This document shows positions 12,201-20,739 of a DNA stretch of 64,000 nt, piece after piece. A model generated the notes under the pieces. The model saw nothing but the letters and a program-made list of their open reading frames with translations, was not told the origin of the DNA and did no database searches. Each line of letters opens with the position of its first letter. Position 1 is the stretch's first letter. A program made the position numbers and the translations under genes. The stretch comes from a virus (lineage: Duplodnaviria > Caudoviricetes), in IMG/VR virus record IMGVR_UViG_3300021426_000064, positions 64,001 through 128,000 of that record; one strand, 5' to 3'.

Positions 12201-14992
12201 TACGACCGGGCGCAAGGGTTCATATCCGTATTGGCTATGGCGCCGATGCTTCTCATCTGCCGATTAGTTTTAATGGGATGATTGCGGAAGTAGATAACGG
12301 CGATGTAGTAAAACTCATTTGTCAAAGCGATGGCGGAGAAATCTGTAAGCCCATTCTTCTAGAAAAGAAAGCGTCAGAACTTCAGGGGATTGATGGCGTT
12401 GGTTGGTCATCCGTTGCTGAAAACGGCGATACCCCGAAGAGTATTATGCGTAGCCTGATGTGCTTAAAAGGCGGGCTTATCAATTCCTATATGCACGATA
12501 AAGGCTGGGATGACGCGGCAAATCTTATTGGTACGCCAATAAACCCGTTAGGAATTTATCACTTTGGTAATCCCGATATGGCATATGCCGGAGACCCCGA
12601 ACCAGTACAAAACATCTTCGAGATTGGCCTTAAGGCAGGTTCGGACCGATACCTAAACGTCTCAGGGGATGACCATAAAGAAGGCGTGCTTGAGGGAATG
12701 GTAAATACCATTAAGGGCAAGGATGAGGATATTGCAACACACCTGCAGTTCGAAGTGTTCGGCAAAACTGTCTGGGATGTAGCAAATATCTGCCGGAGCA
12801 CCGATCCGGAATACTACGCGGCTGTCCGGCCATTCCATATGCGCTCTACATTATTTATCGGGCGCGCGCATGACTACTATGCTTATGATTATGAGCAAAA
12901 GGGCGGCACATGGATTGAAAAGCGCAAGCCATTCCAGCAGGCGCATATCTATACGTCACTCTCTGATATTATTGACAATCGGCTGGCGGTTTCTCCAAAA
13001 GACATCAAGACGTGCGCTATTGGCATGTATGAAGTAGAAGGCTTTATGAATGCCAGGGTACAGAAGAAAACCGACCCACAGTGGGTAGATGCAGCAATAT
13101 ATCCGGAGTACCAAAAAACAATGTATGTAGATACAAAACTCTTTGGTGAAGCGTCTAGAAAGCTTGGCATCATAAGTGATGTTACTGGGTGGTTTACCAA
13201 TGGTGTATTCAATAGCTGGCTGGATCGTGGTTTTGACAAGGAGGGCGATGCGCAAAATCATCATGCTCTCGCAGTAAAGATGACCATTAGTGCCCTTAAG
13301 GACGCGATGAAAGAAATGTATCAAGGGAATATTGTTGTTATTGGCGACCCAACAGTACAGCCTAACGATCGCATAATCCTAAACGATACATACAATTACA
13401 TCAACGGGCAGTGCCTTGTCCGCGATGTAGTTCAAGTATTCTCCAGTGAAAATGGTTTTAGAACAGTGCTTACACCGGATCTCATCACCACACAGGTGGG
13501 GGATGCGTCTGCTGGGGAATCTAAAAATCAGTCCTTTGGCTGTCTTGGTGTAAATACTGTAGTTGGCACACTGGGCGCGATTTGCGGAGCGAAGCTTATG
13601 CAGGGGGCAGCATCAGGATTGTTTAAAAGCCTGCAGAGCATAAAAAACAGCGAGAATGCTGTAAAAGTTGGTAACTTAATCAAAAGCACAGGCTCTGCTA
13701 TAAATGAAAGCAAGGTTGTGCAGGTCGGTAAAAATGTTCTTGGTGGGTTTTCGAAATTTGGCAATGCTTTAAGTAAGATTGGAAGTGTTGCTCGTGCAGT
13801 TTCAACTGTAGCCAGTGGAGCTGAAGCAGTAGCTGGCGCAGTGGCCGGCGGCGCAGAGGCTGTAGCCGCTGCGGTCACGGCTGGAGGCGCGGCAACGGCG
13901 GCGGCAATTGCTGCTCCACTTGTTCCGGTATTTATATTGGGGCTTGGTGCCATAGAAGATATTGTGGCAAGTAAATTCAATAGCAGGAAGACGCTAGTAA
14001 TATTCCCGTTAATGAAATACAACAAGCCATATGTTGGCGGAATTGATGGCCACGTTGGTTCTGTGTACGGAGCACCAAACTTTGGATCTGAAGATGCAAT
14101 ACAGTCTATATTTACGACGCTGTCGAATGCAAGCAACTACCCCTATTTTTCGAAAGTGGTAAACGCCCTGTTCGGAAAAGACGGTATTATGGATATTCAT
14201 CAGAGCTTTGGTTTGGATGAGTGCCAGAAGATTGCTAACGATGAAGGTCTTGCGCAAACTGCATATCGCCAAATAAACAATAGCCAAATAAACAACTTCT
14301 CGAAAGCATCTTTTAACCCGCTTAAGCCGCGCATGTCTGTACGGAGTAACAATGCCATTCAAAAAGCAAAAGCCCTTTATGGCGTAACCGGAAAAACTCC
14401 TGACGATATAAATGCGGATACAAAGATGAAGGAAATGAAGAGCGTTATTCATGACGAGACATTGAAGCAATACTTCACTAATGGGTTCTTCCGTGTAGCA
14501 GCACACGAGAAAGGTTTTACAGCAGATATCAGTGACAAGATTGAATGTATCTGTATTAAAAATCCAGACAGTGAAGAATACTACTACATTAATGCTATCC
14601 TGGACAGTAATGGGTGCTATGACATACCATTTGTACACAAAGAAGCGGCGGGAGTCCTGCATGATATCATTGTGAGGTCGTTTGTTTTTATGGCTGGTAC
14701 AGAACAAGAACGCGATGCATATAAATGGTATGAAGACAATAAAGGGTCATTCATAACACTGACTTCGGCCTTAAAGTGTGGCTCGTCCAAGAATTATGAA
14801 TCCACAGGCTTCTCGTTTGTATTAACCGCCTCGGACGATAAATCTCAAAAGGCGCTTTCTAGTGCTATTGATTTTATCAATCGCCAAATGGCGGAAACGC
14901 ATAATAAGATGGAGGCTGTACCAGAGGCAGTAATGACTAAGAAGGAAAGTGGCCGAGATGTATTTATTGTAGTGCATCCGCCACAGAGGTAA
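6224..14992 (+). CDS. 2922-aa multidomain virion protein: N-terminal thermonuclease (SNase) domain, duplicated tail-initiator-like domain, baseplate hub (gp27/late-control D)-like region
   Basis: GGAGG RBS and GTG start. SNase motifs VDDGDT, VRFAGLDTKE, QDAYGR and INLNKLVI. Duplicated motif ETVPNFPKLIKATIQL / DTVPNYPGLYHITMSL. Hub-like motifs LRPGARVHIRIGYG...FNGMIAEV and GNIVVIGDPTVQPNDRI...VRDVVQVFSSENGFRTVL. Two Gly/Ala-rich hydrophobic segments. Confidence 0.7.
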   Translation: MVTDFINPAIGLPDMGDFYYDAPDQESYFGEMDKNLNSVRRDRANSAEAYRFYQEDPPQPGADEQGKVYVFDVELGAKGIGDDSEEVAGIKVDDGDTLAIPVGSIHPADEKSEKYLSYIKGYTSTHNSSGEATAVNVRFAGLDTKELPHYRKIGMDELNQKELSQVDLGTALGNKNYMVSKYKSWMQTRKTLDKAYDGYKTKGTFFDYAQPSDSVVNVVKLDDDKYHQYFSDGTNGYVLVANATNDYSPETIADAGIGRDVVVNALNDAEAMRIVVDGTQITRDGGNIKTMFNTELYGSGFENEARRQLDMLFDSYTKHQRPGFNTWGQDAYGRCISAVYVKIKGQWINLNKLVIADTNMTEINKYNDGDQASTAINLDSYEYDKKAYADSLYADTSKFDDREQVQKQIFGQTWKALKDWTVTIGDVTLFVPPTSIRTLTQTKAERMPLIRAKGSMAKSSTKNQRIIEMDLYFNEDRGINGYEYKTNTRPDNKGKNVTYWMNGLRALYAQFRVAPFLPIESYYINTVLGVDAVSLVSFSCETVPNFPKLIKATIQLSEFEYRIYMPEIPFDDGSDDDTEVRNYFSKQINYPLFRYYYQRLLRNGEELRGVKFLDKKYITSTFGNKTCLVPANFVDPYIRFYVPNKNQLERLKKAKLERMARPNTVRDITKTELNFADEMAKVKNEIDYINTSQSPLDKVNDYLKAPELDGYVLAGVNNRMVIGKAGAAGTFVPDEEKTRELESLLSEATTYYEVGLTSLKREDGQPLCQKQGATTFGPSNSDGSIYGADFSINVEYPDISEDSLNNLRTLSSISGVASADETFVNRNLRLRMSVDFGESNLTYASNLLKGAALGKGESLFYFDVNADSSFLNFLAEVNNKQGVGGNEDANGAKALVDFVSSATLEFEPYNDDEDFLVEAIHINTSNTFAQVTLQETSGYAPQYMGGTDVSLQISMYTQSKKAASAINALPHVSAEFARNYRLVLAAWPLKIETEFTKLFGITDVMVEACEVDTVPNYPGLYHITMSLVSVDRSLRNRESLQQKDMKNFHNLSVQGIARERRWSYTQMTEYLSEAELYPDLELPTLKELAENGFNFIRYSNTKRVYPDPDFYFTYSYVLMSQLIREAVLNSLNSDACQTVIKDTTGKEISGSLANRMGSWNRNYELSRGWDKDLSSVFQNDDLITARIISDYENVADDERDETWTIAPNVKVAMMEKRMLNRINDSSKQSYQEKNGANIHSSTTYDNADGIKKPVTGQTTETDKDGNVTELKDAPDNTGNTGLSNEDNKGNLERLKQQQQDIKDEKATGKYSSAMYKKNEEISNRINGVIKHYQNTSIDEMGGSIGDAVQQLVAAFNTCPKYNNSHIEGVPGQGRSEIPNGLFGKIPAFLDAAADAICSNNGVDYSEETADHLNAAATAFGGTVATSMGVGAAIGSVATPVGTVAGVAAGAAVGTVAGTVAAVASVATGAHSKNEKAPWRHSTKYRGRLKIDGVEQVWAFDDKDPKKDYKIEMIAKNATEFGYFNFKFYTPEELEDRFGYYGHIERDDTVENSETVVEAHPRVGRYLADPYYRYANAEVQEAYVKKCLTDYDFAKKAFLRICMLYMQVLVSYSIFPSFSYDVMRDAFTNEENMRKVLAGVEELRAKKAAEERTKSETQKQYGTSKKYSQKKQPGEVKKDAASVVSYVGDAIPEGEKGKEAEGKDTEAKEGNAQENNGDKKSSTDKAATEQATTDSANAKKTAVLNKSLSDYAKKINENKEAMDNGKLFLMCAMGVVDGDKNFLKLLLNREYDSLNAIAMAACSGKTSPNKKDATYETRLRSFIRALAGENVIDNSLIGSGETEAPAAVLGENNSRYNCSAAAEDPTMYMVHSFYDMVVHDCRGRMLRAFPTFYMFFIDEGRKIGKFRLHDNFYNINAISSITISKSRKNPTDVAEVVMTNFFNTFTTEDEDLNMNYSTNFTDVFKSLWLPTLQSYAVDEEERRTNAPKAERFRLRPGARVHIRIGYGADASHLPISFNGMIAEVDNGDVVKLICQSDGGEICKPILLEKKASELQGIDGVGWSSVAENGDTPKSIMRSLMCLKGGLINSYMHDKGWDDAANLIGTPINPLGIYHFGNPDMAYAGDPEPVQNIFEIGLKAGSDRYLNVSGDDHKEGVLEGMVNTIKGKDEDIATHLQFEVFGKTVWDVANICRSTDPEYYAAVRPFHMRSTLFIGRAHDYYAYDYEQKGGTWIEKRKPFQQAHIYTSLSDIIDNRLAVSPKDIKTCAIGMYEVEGFMNARVQKKTDPQWVDAAIYPEYQKTMYVDTKLFGEASRKLGIISDVTGWFTNGVFNSWLDRGFDKEGDAQNHHALAVKMTISALKDAMKEMYQGNIVVIGDPTVQPNDRIILNDTYNYINGQCLVRDVVQVFSSENGFRTVLTPDLITTQVGDASAGESKNQSFGCLGVNTVVGTLGAICGAKLMQGAASGLFKSLQSIKNSENAVKVGNLIKSTGSAINESKVVQVGKNVLGGFSKFGNALSKIGSVARAVSTVASGAEAVAGAVAGGAEAVAAAVTAGGAATAAAIAAPLVPVFILGLGAIEDIVASKFNSRKTLVIFPLMKYNKPYVGGIDGHVGSVYGAPNFGSEDAIQSIFTTLSNASNYPYFSKVVNALFGKDGIMDIHQSFGLDECQKIANDEGLAQTAYRQINNSQINNFSKASFNPLKPRMSVRSNNAIQKAKALYGVTGKTPDDINADTKMKEMKSVIHDETLKQYFTNGFFRVAAHEKGFTADISDKIECICIKNPDSEEYYYINAILDSNGCYDIPFVHKEAAGVLHDIIVRSFVFMAGTEQERDAYKWYEDNKGSFITLTSALKCGSSKNYESTGFSFVLTASDDKSQKALSSAIDFINRQMAETHNKMEAVPEAVMTKKESGRDVFIVVHPPQR

Positions 14993-14996
14993 ATAA

Positions 14997-15359
14997 ATGG
15001 GAGTACTTGGAAATGCAATGAAAAATGGTGTCATTGGCGAAGCTATGCGCTCCGCCAATCGGGACCAACAGACTGTTGCCAAAGTACTCAGCGCAGATGA
15101 GTCCAACAATCAGTGTACTGTAGAGTACATGGATAGGGACGGAAGTAAGGTAAAAATAGATAAGGCTATGGTGGATCTGCGGAATAAGGACTGGTTCCCC
15201 AGCAAGGGGGACATAGTCCTTATCCGTGTATCTGGCCGTTCTGCGCTAGTGGAGCAGCAGTACACAGAAGATTATAATGCGGATGTCCGTAGTAAACAGA
15301 AGTTAAGTAACGACGTCACCCCGGATGGTGACGGAACTGTAGCAGGTTCAATTTTTTGA
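14997..15359 (+). CDS. Putative baseplate spike OB-fold protein (gpV/gp5 N-terminal-like)
   Basis: AKVLSADESNNQCTVEY...WFPSKGDIVLI matches the OB-fold pattern (P-x-x-G-D-x-V) and follows the hub-like gene. Confidence 0.55.
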   Translation: MGVLGNAMKNGVIGEAMRSANRDQQTVAKVLSADESNNQCTVEYMDRDGSKVKIDKAMVDLRNKDWFPSKGDIVLIRVSGRSALVEQQYTEDYNADVRSKQKLSNDVTPDGDGTVAGSIF

Positions 15360-15366
15360 GGAAATT

Positions 15367-16452
15367 ATGGCAGAAAATAAATCAGAAAAGTTTGCACTGC
15401 AGGTTGGTGCGGTAAAGCCAGACTTGCGGGCAAATATCAATGCACTGAGAAAGCGGGCGGATTATGCTGACCGTTCCACTGACTCAGCTATGGTGGGCAA
15501 TAACGGCAATGCCTCTCTACGCCTGTTCGATAAGAAAATAAATCAGGCAGCATCCCAGAATTCGTCCCAAAAGATGACAGATAAGCAAAATATCACCACA
15601 TCTTTTGAGGAACGTCATGTGACCAACAGATATAGTTTGGAAGCCTATGACTTTATCTTTAATGGTCATAAGCTCAATCCTAACCTCTGGGAATATAGCG
15701 ATTTTAAGAAGTATACGGATATGTATGGGCAGGAACATGCAGTCGGCGGTTTTACCATGATGGGTACTATTCTTACCCCGTCATGGGATGAACAGCTGCA
15801 TCGGTATGTTCTCATCCGACGTCAGACACGTATGCCGTTCTTCTCGCCGAAGAATAATGTGCCGGAAATCTTAAAGACCCTGAATATTGACGACCCGACC
15901 AAAGTCGCCTACAAATACGGCGTAAAGCAGTCGTCCGAAACGGCACAACAGTATTATGAACGCGTAGGCAAGAACTTCGACCAGAAAAAATATTACACTG
16001 GCGCTACCGCACCGAATCCAAATGGTGGCGGCGCTGGCACTGCTACGGCAGAGATTATTGAAAAGGCTGTTCAATGGTGTATTAAGATTGCTAACGATGA
16101 GGATGGTCAGATTCATCACTATTCCCAGCAGAACAGACAAGGCCCGGATTATGATTGTACGTCTTTCGTATGTGCTGGTTTGCAAGCGGGTGGACTGGAT
16201 ATTCCGTTTTTGGGTGGCGGAGATTTTGATAATGCAATCTTAAACTATGGTTTTGAACGACTCCCATTCCCCGGTCTTGAGGGGTTGCAGCGCGGGGATA
16301 TCATGAGCAATCCGTCGCATGTTGAATGGTATATCGGTAACAACCAGCGTTGCGGTGCGCATACCGATAGTAAGCCTGCTGAAAAACAGATTAGTGTAGA
16401 GCAATATTGGGAAGGTCAGGGGTGGACAGATATTTTCCGATATAAAGGGTGA
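15367..16452 (+). CDS. Tail-associated protein with C-terminal NlpC/P60 (papain-like) peptidoglycan endopeptidase
   Basis: YSQ...GPDYDCTSFV (catalytic Cys), LQRGDI...SHVEWYIG (His) and CGAH; Gly/Pro linker before the domain. Confidence 0.8.
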   Translation: MAENKSEKFALQVGAVKPDLRANINALRKRADYADRSTDSAMVGNNGNASLRLFDKKINQAASQNSSQKMTDKQNITTSFEERHVTNRYSLEAYDFIFNGHKLNPNLWEYSDFKKYTDMYGQEHAVGGFTMMGTILTPSWDEQLHRYVLIRRQTRMPFFSPKNNVPEILKTLNIDDPTKVAYKYGVKQSSETAQQYYERVGKNFDQKKYYTGATAPNPNGGGAGTATAEIIEKAVQWCIKIANDEDGQIHHYSQQNRQGPDYDCTSFVCAGLQAGGLDIPFLGGGDFDNAILNYGFERLPFPGLEGLQRGDIMSNPSHVEWYIGNNQRCGAHTDSKPAEKQISVEQYWEGQGWTDIFRYKG

Positions 16453-16455
16453 TTA

Positions 16456-18210
16456 GTGATGGCGCAGATACCTAGCTATAATAAAATAGATTATCAAAAC
16501 GATTCCAAGCTTGTCGTATATGCAAAACAGCAGGCGATAGCGAAGGCGATGTTAAAGACATCGCCTACTGTTACTGCAAAGACGAGCATTATTGCAGGAA
16601 ATCAATCCAGCAGCACAAGGTATGAAGTCCCAGAATATAACAAGATTGACTACAAAAATGATTCTTTGGCGGTTATTACTGCGAAGCAAAAGGCGATTGT
16701 AAAGGCGCAGGGGGCGTTCTTACCTGTAGCCAAGACGAATAACACCACCAGCGCTCCAGCAAAAAAAACGAGTGCTCCGCAGTATGAGATACCCAGCTAC
16801 AATAAAATAGACTACGCTAACGACTCACTAGCAGTAATTCAGGCGAAGAGACTGGCAATTGCCAATGCGCAGGGAGCTAACGGTCAAGAAGCAAAAACTC
16901 CAACAGTTAGTGTGTCGGTTAGTGAAGAAGCAGTCACAGTGATTTCGCCTAAAACCGAAAACGCAGTAAAAACCGAAGCCGAGAAAAAGAGTGAAGAAGC
17001 TAAAGCAAAAAAACTCAAAGAGGCTGAGGATCGAAAAAAGAAACGGGATAAAGAGTTTCAGGAGAAAACAGCTGTTGTTCAAAAGAATAGTGAAGAAGCC
17101 GCCAAAAATGTACAAAAGTATGTCGCCGAGCAATTAAAAGCCAACACCGAGAAGAAAAAGGACAAGGATAAGGACAAGGTAGCATCTTCATCTGAAGCGC
17201 TGAAAGAGATGAAAGATAACGTAAAAGGTGTATGGAAGAACTTGGTATCCCCCCTTAGCGGTTCTCTCAGCGACGCTGCAAAAAATATAAAATCAGATGA
17301 AGCCGCGAAAAGCATTATCGGTGAAATCAAAAAGACCTCGCAAGGGATAGGTAAGATAGAGGATTTTCTTAAAGGCGCAAGCGGCTTATCAAACGAAGAC
17401 CTTATTAAACTCAGCACAAAATCTATTCTGGATTTCCAAAAAGATATTCTCAGTCAAAATTTAACCCAGCAAGCTATCCTGGATAGCATAACAAAACGCA
17501 TTGCCGAGCAGGAAGGCAATATAGCTAAGCTGGCTCAGAATATAGCAGACCAGTACCTTGTCCAAAAAGCGTATATTAATACATATCTGAAAAATACCCT
17601 TGGCAATCCGGAGTTTATGGAAAATATGTCGAAGACAATTGGCGGCCAGGTTAATGACTACATTGATGCATTATCAAACGAAAAAATTAATTCGGTAAAT
17701 AATCGGATTAATACAACCATCGACAATACATTCAACCGTATAACAAGCCAGGTAGAATCGACAACACAAAAGATAAACACAAAACTGGATGACCTGCTGA
17801 AGTTGGACATTGTAAATGACCTTAACCAAAAGCTTGAGAAAAGCATTTCTCTAGAGGCGTTTGAGAAGCGGTTGAACGCAAATCCGTTAACACAGGTATT
17901 GTCACCGAGTATTATGGCGATTTGTCAAGCAGGCAAGTTATCTGTTCTTAACTCCTTTAAGCAACCGAAGATGCTTGAAACAATTACAAAGGTTCAAACC
18001 AAGATTAAGGCGGTTCAAGAAAACCTTAATAAAGCAAAAGAATTCATTGCGAACAAAACAAAGCAGCTCAAGGAGTACGTGGACAATCTTAAAAAGAAAG
18101 CTACAGAAGCAGTTAAGCAGTTTGCCAATAAAGTTGTAGCGGACATAAAGAATAAGATTTCAGTAGCAATATCGGGAGCGCTAGGCAGTGTGGCCGGAGG
18201 TCTACTTTAA
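16456..18210 (+). CDS. Hypothetical coiled-coil protein with three N-terminal repeats
   Basis: 584-aa ORF; 3 copies of (I/V)PxYNKIDYxNDS...AKQ; Lys/Glu-rich helical remainder. Confidence 0.75.
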   Translation: MMAQIPSYNKIDYQNDSKLVVYAKQQAIAKAMLKTSPTVTAKTSIIAGNQSSSTRYEVPEYNKIDYKNDSLAVITAKQKAIVKAQGAFLPVAKTNNTTSAPAKKTSAPQYEIPSYNKIDYANDSLAVIQAKRLAIANAQGANGQEAKTPTVSVSVSEEAVTVISPKTENAVKTEAEKKSEEAKAKKLKEAEDRKKKRDKEFQEKTAVVQKNSEEAAKNVQKYVAEQLKANTEKKKDKDKDKVASSSEALKEMKDNVKGVWKNLVSPLSGSLSDAAKNIKSDEAAKSIIGEIKKTSQGIGKIEDFLKGASGLSNEDLIKLSTKSILDFQKDILSQNLTQQAILDSITKRIAEQEGNIAKLAQNIADQYLVQKAYINTYLKNTLGNPEFMENMSKTIGGQVNDYIDALSNEKINSVNNRINTTIDNTFNRITSQVESTTQKINTKLDDLLKLDIVNDLNQKLEKSISLEAFEKRLNANPLTQVLSPSIMAICQAGKLSVLNSFKQPKMLETITKVQTKIKAVQENLNKAKEFIANKTKQLKEYVDNLKKKATEAVKQFANKVVADIKNKISVAISGALGSVAGGLL

Positions 18211-18222
18211 GGTGGTGGAAGA

Positions 18223-18747
18223 ATGCTAGATTTAGAAATGACGGACAATGGAGATCTTGCATGGTCTTCGGTGTCGAGCTCGGGCGCTTTTCATTTAAGG
18301 TTTGCGCTGGCAGATTACAAAACGCAGCATATACATTTTCTTTGTAGGCCGACAAGCCGTTTGCAAAACAAACATCGCAAGGGGCAGCGCATTCGCTTCT
18401 GTTTTGCGGAACCAGGAGAAGAGTTTAAGGTACAAACCGGCTTGGTTCAGAATGAAGATGAACGACTACAAGCACTCTACATTGCACTTCGCACAGAGCT
18501 TGGCGATGTAAATGACGATACGGTGGGTTCTGATTTCTATAAAGAGGCTCACCATATCATAGCAGATGCTAATGATTTATCGACTATCCGTGATAAAGCT
18601 GCGGAAGTAGTTGAACGCTTCTTTCCGGGCTCAGTCCTCGAAGCTGAATACTCAATATGTCCAGAGGCAAAAAACTTTAAGTATCAGTCAGTGAAGTTTA
18701 CAATAAAAGATAAAGACAACGAGGTTGTAGCTTCGTTTGTATTCTGA
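18223..18747 (+). CDS. Putative baseplate wedge/sheath initiator (gp25/XkdS-like)
   Basis: MLDLEMTDNGDL N-terminus and LQALYIALRTELGD...VGSDF pattern; position in the baseplate cluster. Confidence 0.55.
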   Translation: MLDLEMTDNGDLAWSSVSSSGAFHLRFALADYKTQHIHFLCRPTSRLQNKHRKGQRIRFCFAEPGEEFKVQTGLVQNEDERLQALYIALRTELGDVNDDTVGSDFYKEAHHIIADANDLSTIRDKAAEVVERFFPGSVLEAEYSICPEAKNFKYQSVKFTIKDKDNEVVASFVF

Positions 18748-18773
18748 GAGAGCGAAAGCTCTCTATTTTTTTT
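18747..18773 (+). terminator. Intrinsic terminator insulating the NAD operon from upstream transcription
   Basis: AGAGAGC-GAAA-GCTCTCT followed by ATTTTTTTT. Confidence 0.8.
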
Positions 18774-18803
18774 GAAAAAATTTGCTTTGCTGTAAAAATA
18801 GTC

Positions 18804-18832
18804 TTGACAAATGTGGTAATGTGTACTACGAT
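18804..18832 (+). promoter_or_regulatory. Sigma-A/70-type promoter of the NAD salvage operon
   Basis: TTGACA (18804-18809), 17-bp spacer, TACGAT (18827-18832); AT-rich upstream. Confidence 0.8.
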
Positions 18833-18855
18833 TAATGTAGTACAAGATACCACAA
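18811..18855. promoter_or_regulatory. Two tandem putative NrtR operators
   Basis: ATGTG-GT-AATGTGT-AC-TACGA (18811-18831) and ATGTA-GT-ACAAGAT-AC-CACAA (18835-18855). Both are imperfect 21-bp palindromes with the GT-N7-AC core known for NrtR sites; they overlap the promoter spacer/-10 and +1. Confidence 0.7.
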
Positions 18856-18871
18856 AAAAGAGGTTGATTAT

Positions 18872-19657
18872 ATGTCAGATACACAAGAAGAGAAGGAATT
18901 TCTCAAGAACTACGATGCGGCACAGTATGAAAGACCATCCGTAACAGCAGATGTTGTTATTTTTACTGTAGACAGAGATAACGAATTAAGTATCCTGTTG
19001 ATAAAGCGCGGAGGGCATCCTTTTAAGGACCATTGGGCTATCCCAGGTGGATTTCTTGAGGCTGGAAAAGAATCCATTGATGAGGCTGCCGCCCGCGAGC
19101 TGTACGAGGAAACGGGAATAAAGGTTTCTGATGGCATCGAACTTAGGCAGCTTATCACAGTTGGTGAACCGGATCGCGACCCGAGAACACATGTCGTGAG
19201 TGTAGTTTATACGGCATTGGTCCCCAAAGGACTTCTACATATAAAAGCAGGGGATGATGCAAAAGAAGCGCAGCTTTTTAAAATTCGCAATGGGTTCGAC
19301 GAAGAAGGAAACCGTAGGATGCGCCTTGTTGGTGATAAGATTTCACTTACCACGGATAACCTTGCATTCGATCATGCCCGTATTGTGAAAATTGCATTGA
19401 AAAGGCTCAAAGGACGGTTAGCATATACGGACGACGCCTTCGCAATGCTCAAGAATAAAAAATGTTTTAAGATTTACGAGCTCAAGAAAATTCACGAAAC
19501 CATTTTACAAAAAGTAATCGACAGAGCGAATTTCCGTAAAATGTTTATTCGAAACTTTGTCGATACCGGTAAGGTTAGAGAATTAAAAAAAGATGAAGTT
19601 GAAGGTGCTGTAAAAACAGCAATGTATATGTATGTTGGAGGAAATGAGCATGAGTAA
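18872..19657 (+). CDS. nrtR: NrtR-family regulator (Nudix ADP-ribose domain + winged HTH)
   Basis: PSVTADVVIF, Nudix box GGFLEAGKESIDEAAARELYEETGI, RDPR, LAFDH, C-terminal wHTH FKIYELKKIHETIL...DRANFRK. Confidence 0.9.
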   Translation: MSDTQEEKEFLKNYDAAQYERPSVTADVVIFTVDRDNELSILLIKRGGHPFKDHWAIPGGFLEAGKESIDEAAARELYEETGIKVSDGIELRQLITVGEPDRDPRTHVVSVVYTALVPKGLLHIKAGDDAKEAQLFKIRNGFDEEGNRRMRLVGDKISLTTDNLAFDHARIVKIALKRLKGRLAYTDDAFAMLKNKKCFKIYELKKIHETILQKVIDRANFRKMFIRNFVDTGKVRELKKDEVEGAVKTAMYMYVGGNEHE

Positions 19658-20201
19658 AAAAGTATTGATTGTTGTTGACATGCAGAACGATTTTATCGAT
19701 GGTGCACTGGGCACTAAAGAAGCTGAGGCTATTGTCGATAACGTAGCCAAGAAGGTTGCGGAGGCAAAAAAGAACGGCGATATCATTATCTTCACGCAGG
19801 ATACACATACGGAAGATTACCTCAACACGCAGGAAGGTAAGAATCTGCCGGTGCCTCACTGTATTAAAGGAACAGATGGCTGGAAGATAACCAACAAGAT
19901 TGACATTCCTGAAAAATGTCTGACGTACGAAAAAGGTTCCTTCGGCTCTGGTGAACTTGGCAAAGACCTTTCCAACAGCGAAGGAGAAATCAGTGCGATT
20001 GAATTCGTTGGGCTCTGCACAGATATCTGCGTACTGTCCAACGCGGTAATTGCAAAAGCGGCACTGCCGGAAGTTCCCATCACAGTAGACGCCGCATGCT
20101 GCGCGGGCGTAACACCGAAGAGCCATGATGAAGCTCTTGGCGCATTGCAGATGATTCAGGTAAAAGTCGCAAACCAAGGGCAGGAACCCTGGAGGGCATA
20201 A
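19650..20201 (+). CDS. pncA: Nicotinamidase (isochorismatase family)
   Basis: LIVVDMQNDF, DTH, PHC, EKGSFG, VGLCTDICV. Start reassigned to ATG 19650, 8 nt after GGAGG. Confidence 0.88.
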   Translation: MSKKVLIVVDMQNDFIDGALGTKEAEAIVDNVAKKVAEAKKNGDIIIFTQDTHTEDYLNTQEGKNLPVPHCIKGTDGWKITNKIDIPEKCLTYEKGSFGSGELGKDLSNSEGEISAIEFVGLCTDICVLSNAVIAKAALPEVPITVDAACCAGVTPKSHDEALGALQMIQVKVANQGQEPWRA

Positions 20202-20202
20202 A

Positions 20203-20739
20203 ATGCGCGTCGGAATTTACTTTGGTTGCTTTATCCCGCTTCATAAAGGACATGAAGCAATAATTAAAACAGCTCTAGCCGAAAATGACCATTTAATTCT
20301 GGGCGTTTGTGGGTATGATAATGACCGCGGCCATGATTATATTCCGTTTCGGCAGCGTATCAATCTTATATCAAAGATATATGGCCGGCGCAAGAATATG
20401 ACTCTGGCGGTTGTAGATGATAAGAAAATCGGCCTCACGGGAACGTTTAGTTTAAGCGCCTGGGAAACTTGGTGCAGCGAATTATTCCGAAACTCTGGGT
20501 TTGACCCCGGTGATAAGGCAAATCAATATGTCTGGTATTCTGGCGAAAAGGATTATCTGGAGAAGATACAGCAGTTATATCCTAGCCACGAAATGCGGTA
20601 CATTTCCAGAGATGTGATTCCGATTTCGGGAACAGAAATCAGAGCAAATACCGGTAAACATATCACGCATATTAATCCGTTCTTTGCTTCATACTTAGCA
20701 GAACGGGGATTATTGGAGGATAACGAATATGAAGTTTAA
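20203..20739 (+). CDS. NMN/NaMN adenylyltransferase, NadR/NadM-like (HxGH nucleotidyltransferase)
   Basis: GCFIPLHKGH and PISGTEIR signature motifs; context within the NAD operon. Confidence 0.8.
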   Translation: MRVGIYFGCFIPLHKGHEAIIKTALAENDHLILGVCGYDNDRGHDYIPFRQRINLISKIYGRRKNMTLAVVDDKKIGLTGTFSLSAWETWCSELFRNSGFDPGDKANQYVWYSGEKDYLEKIQQLYPSHEMRYISRDVIPISGTEIRANTGKHITHINPFFASYLAERGLLEDNEYEV

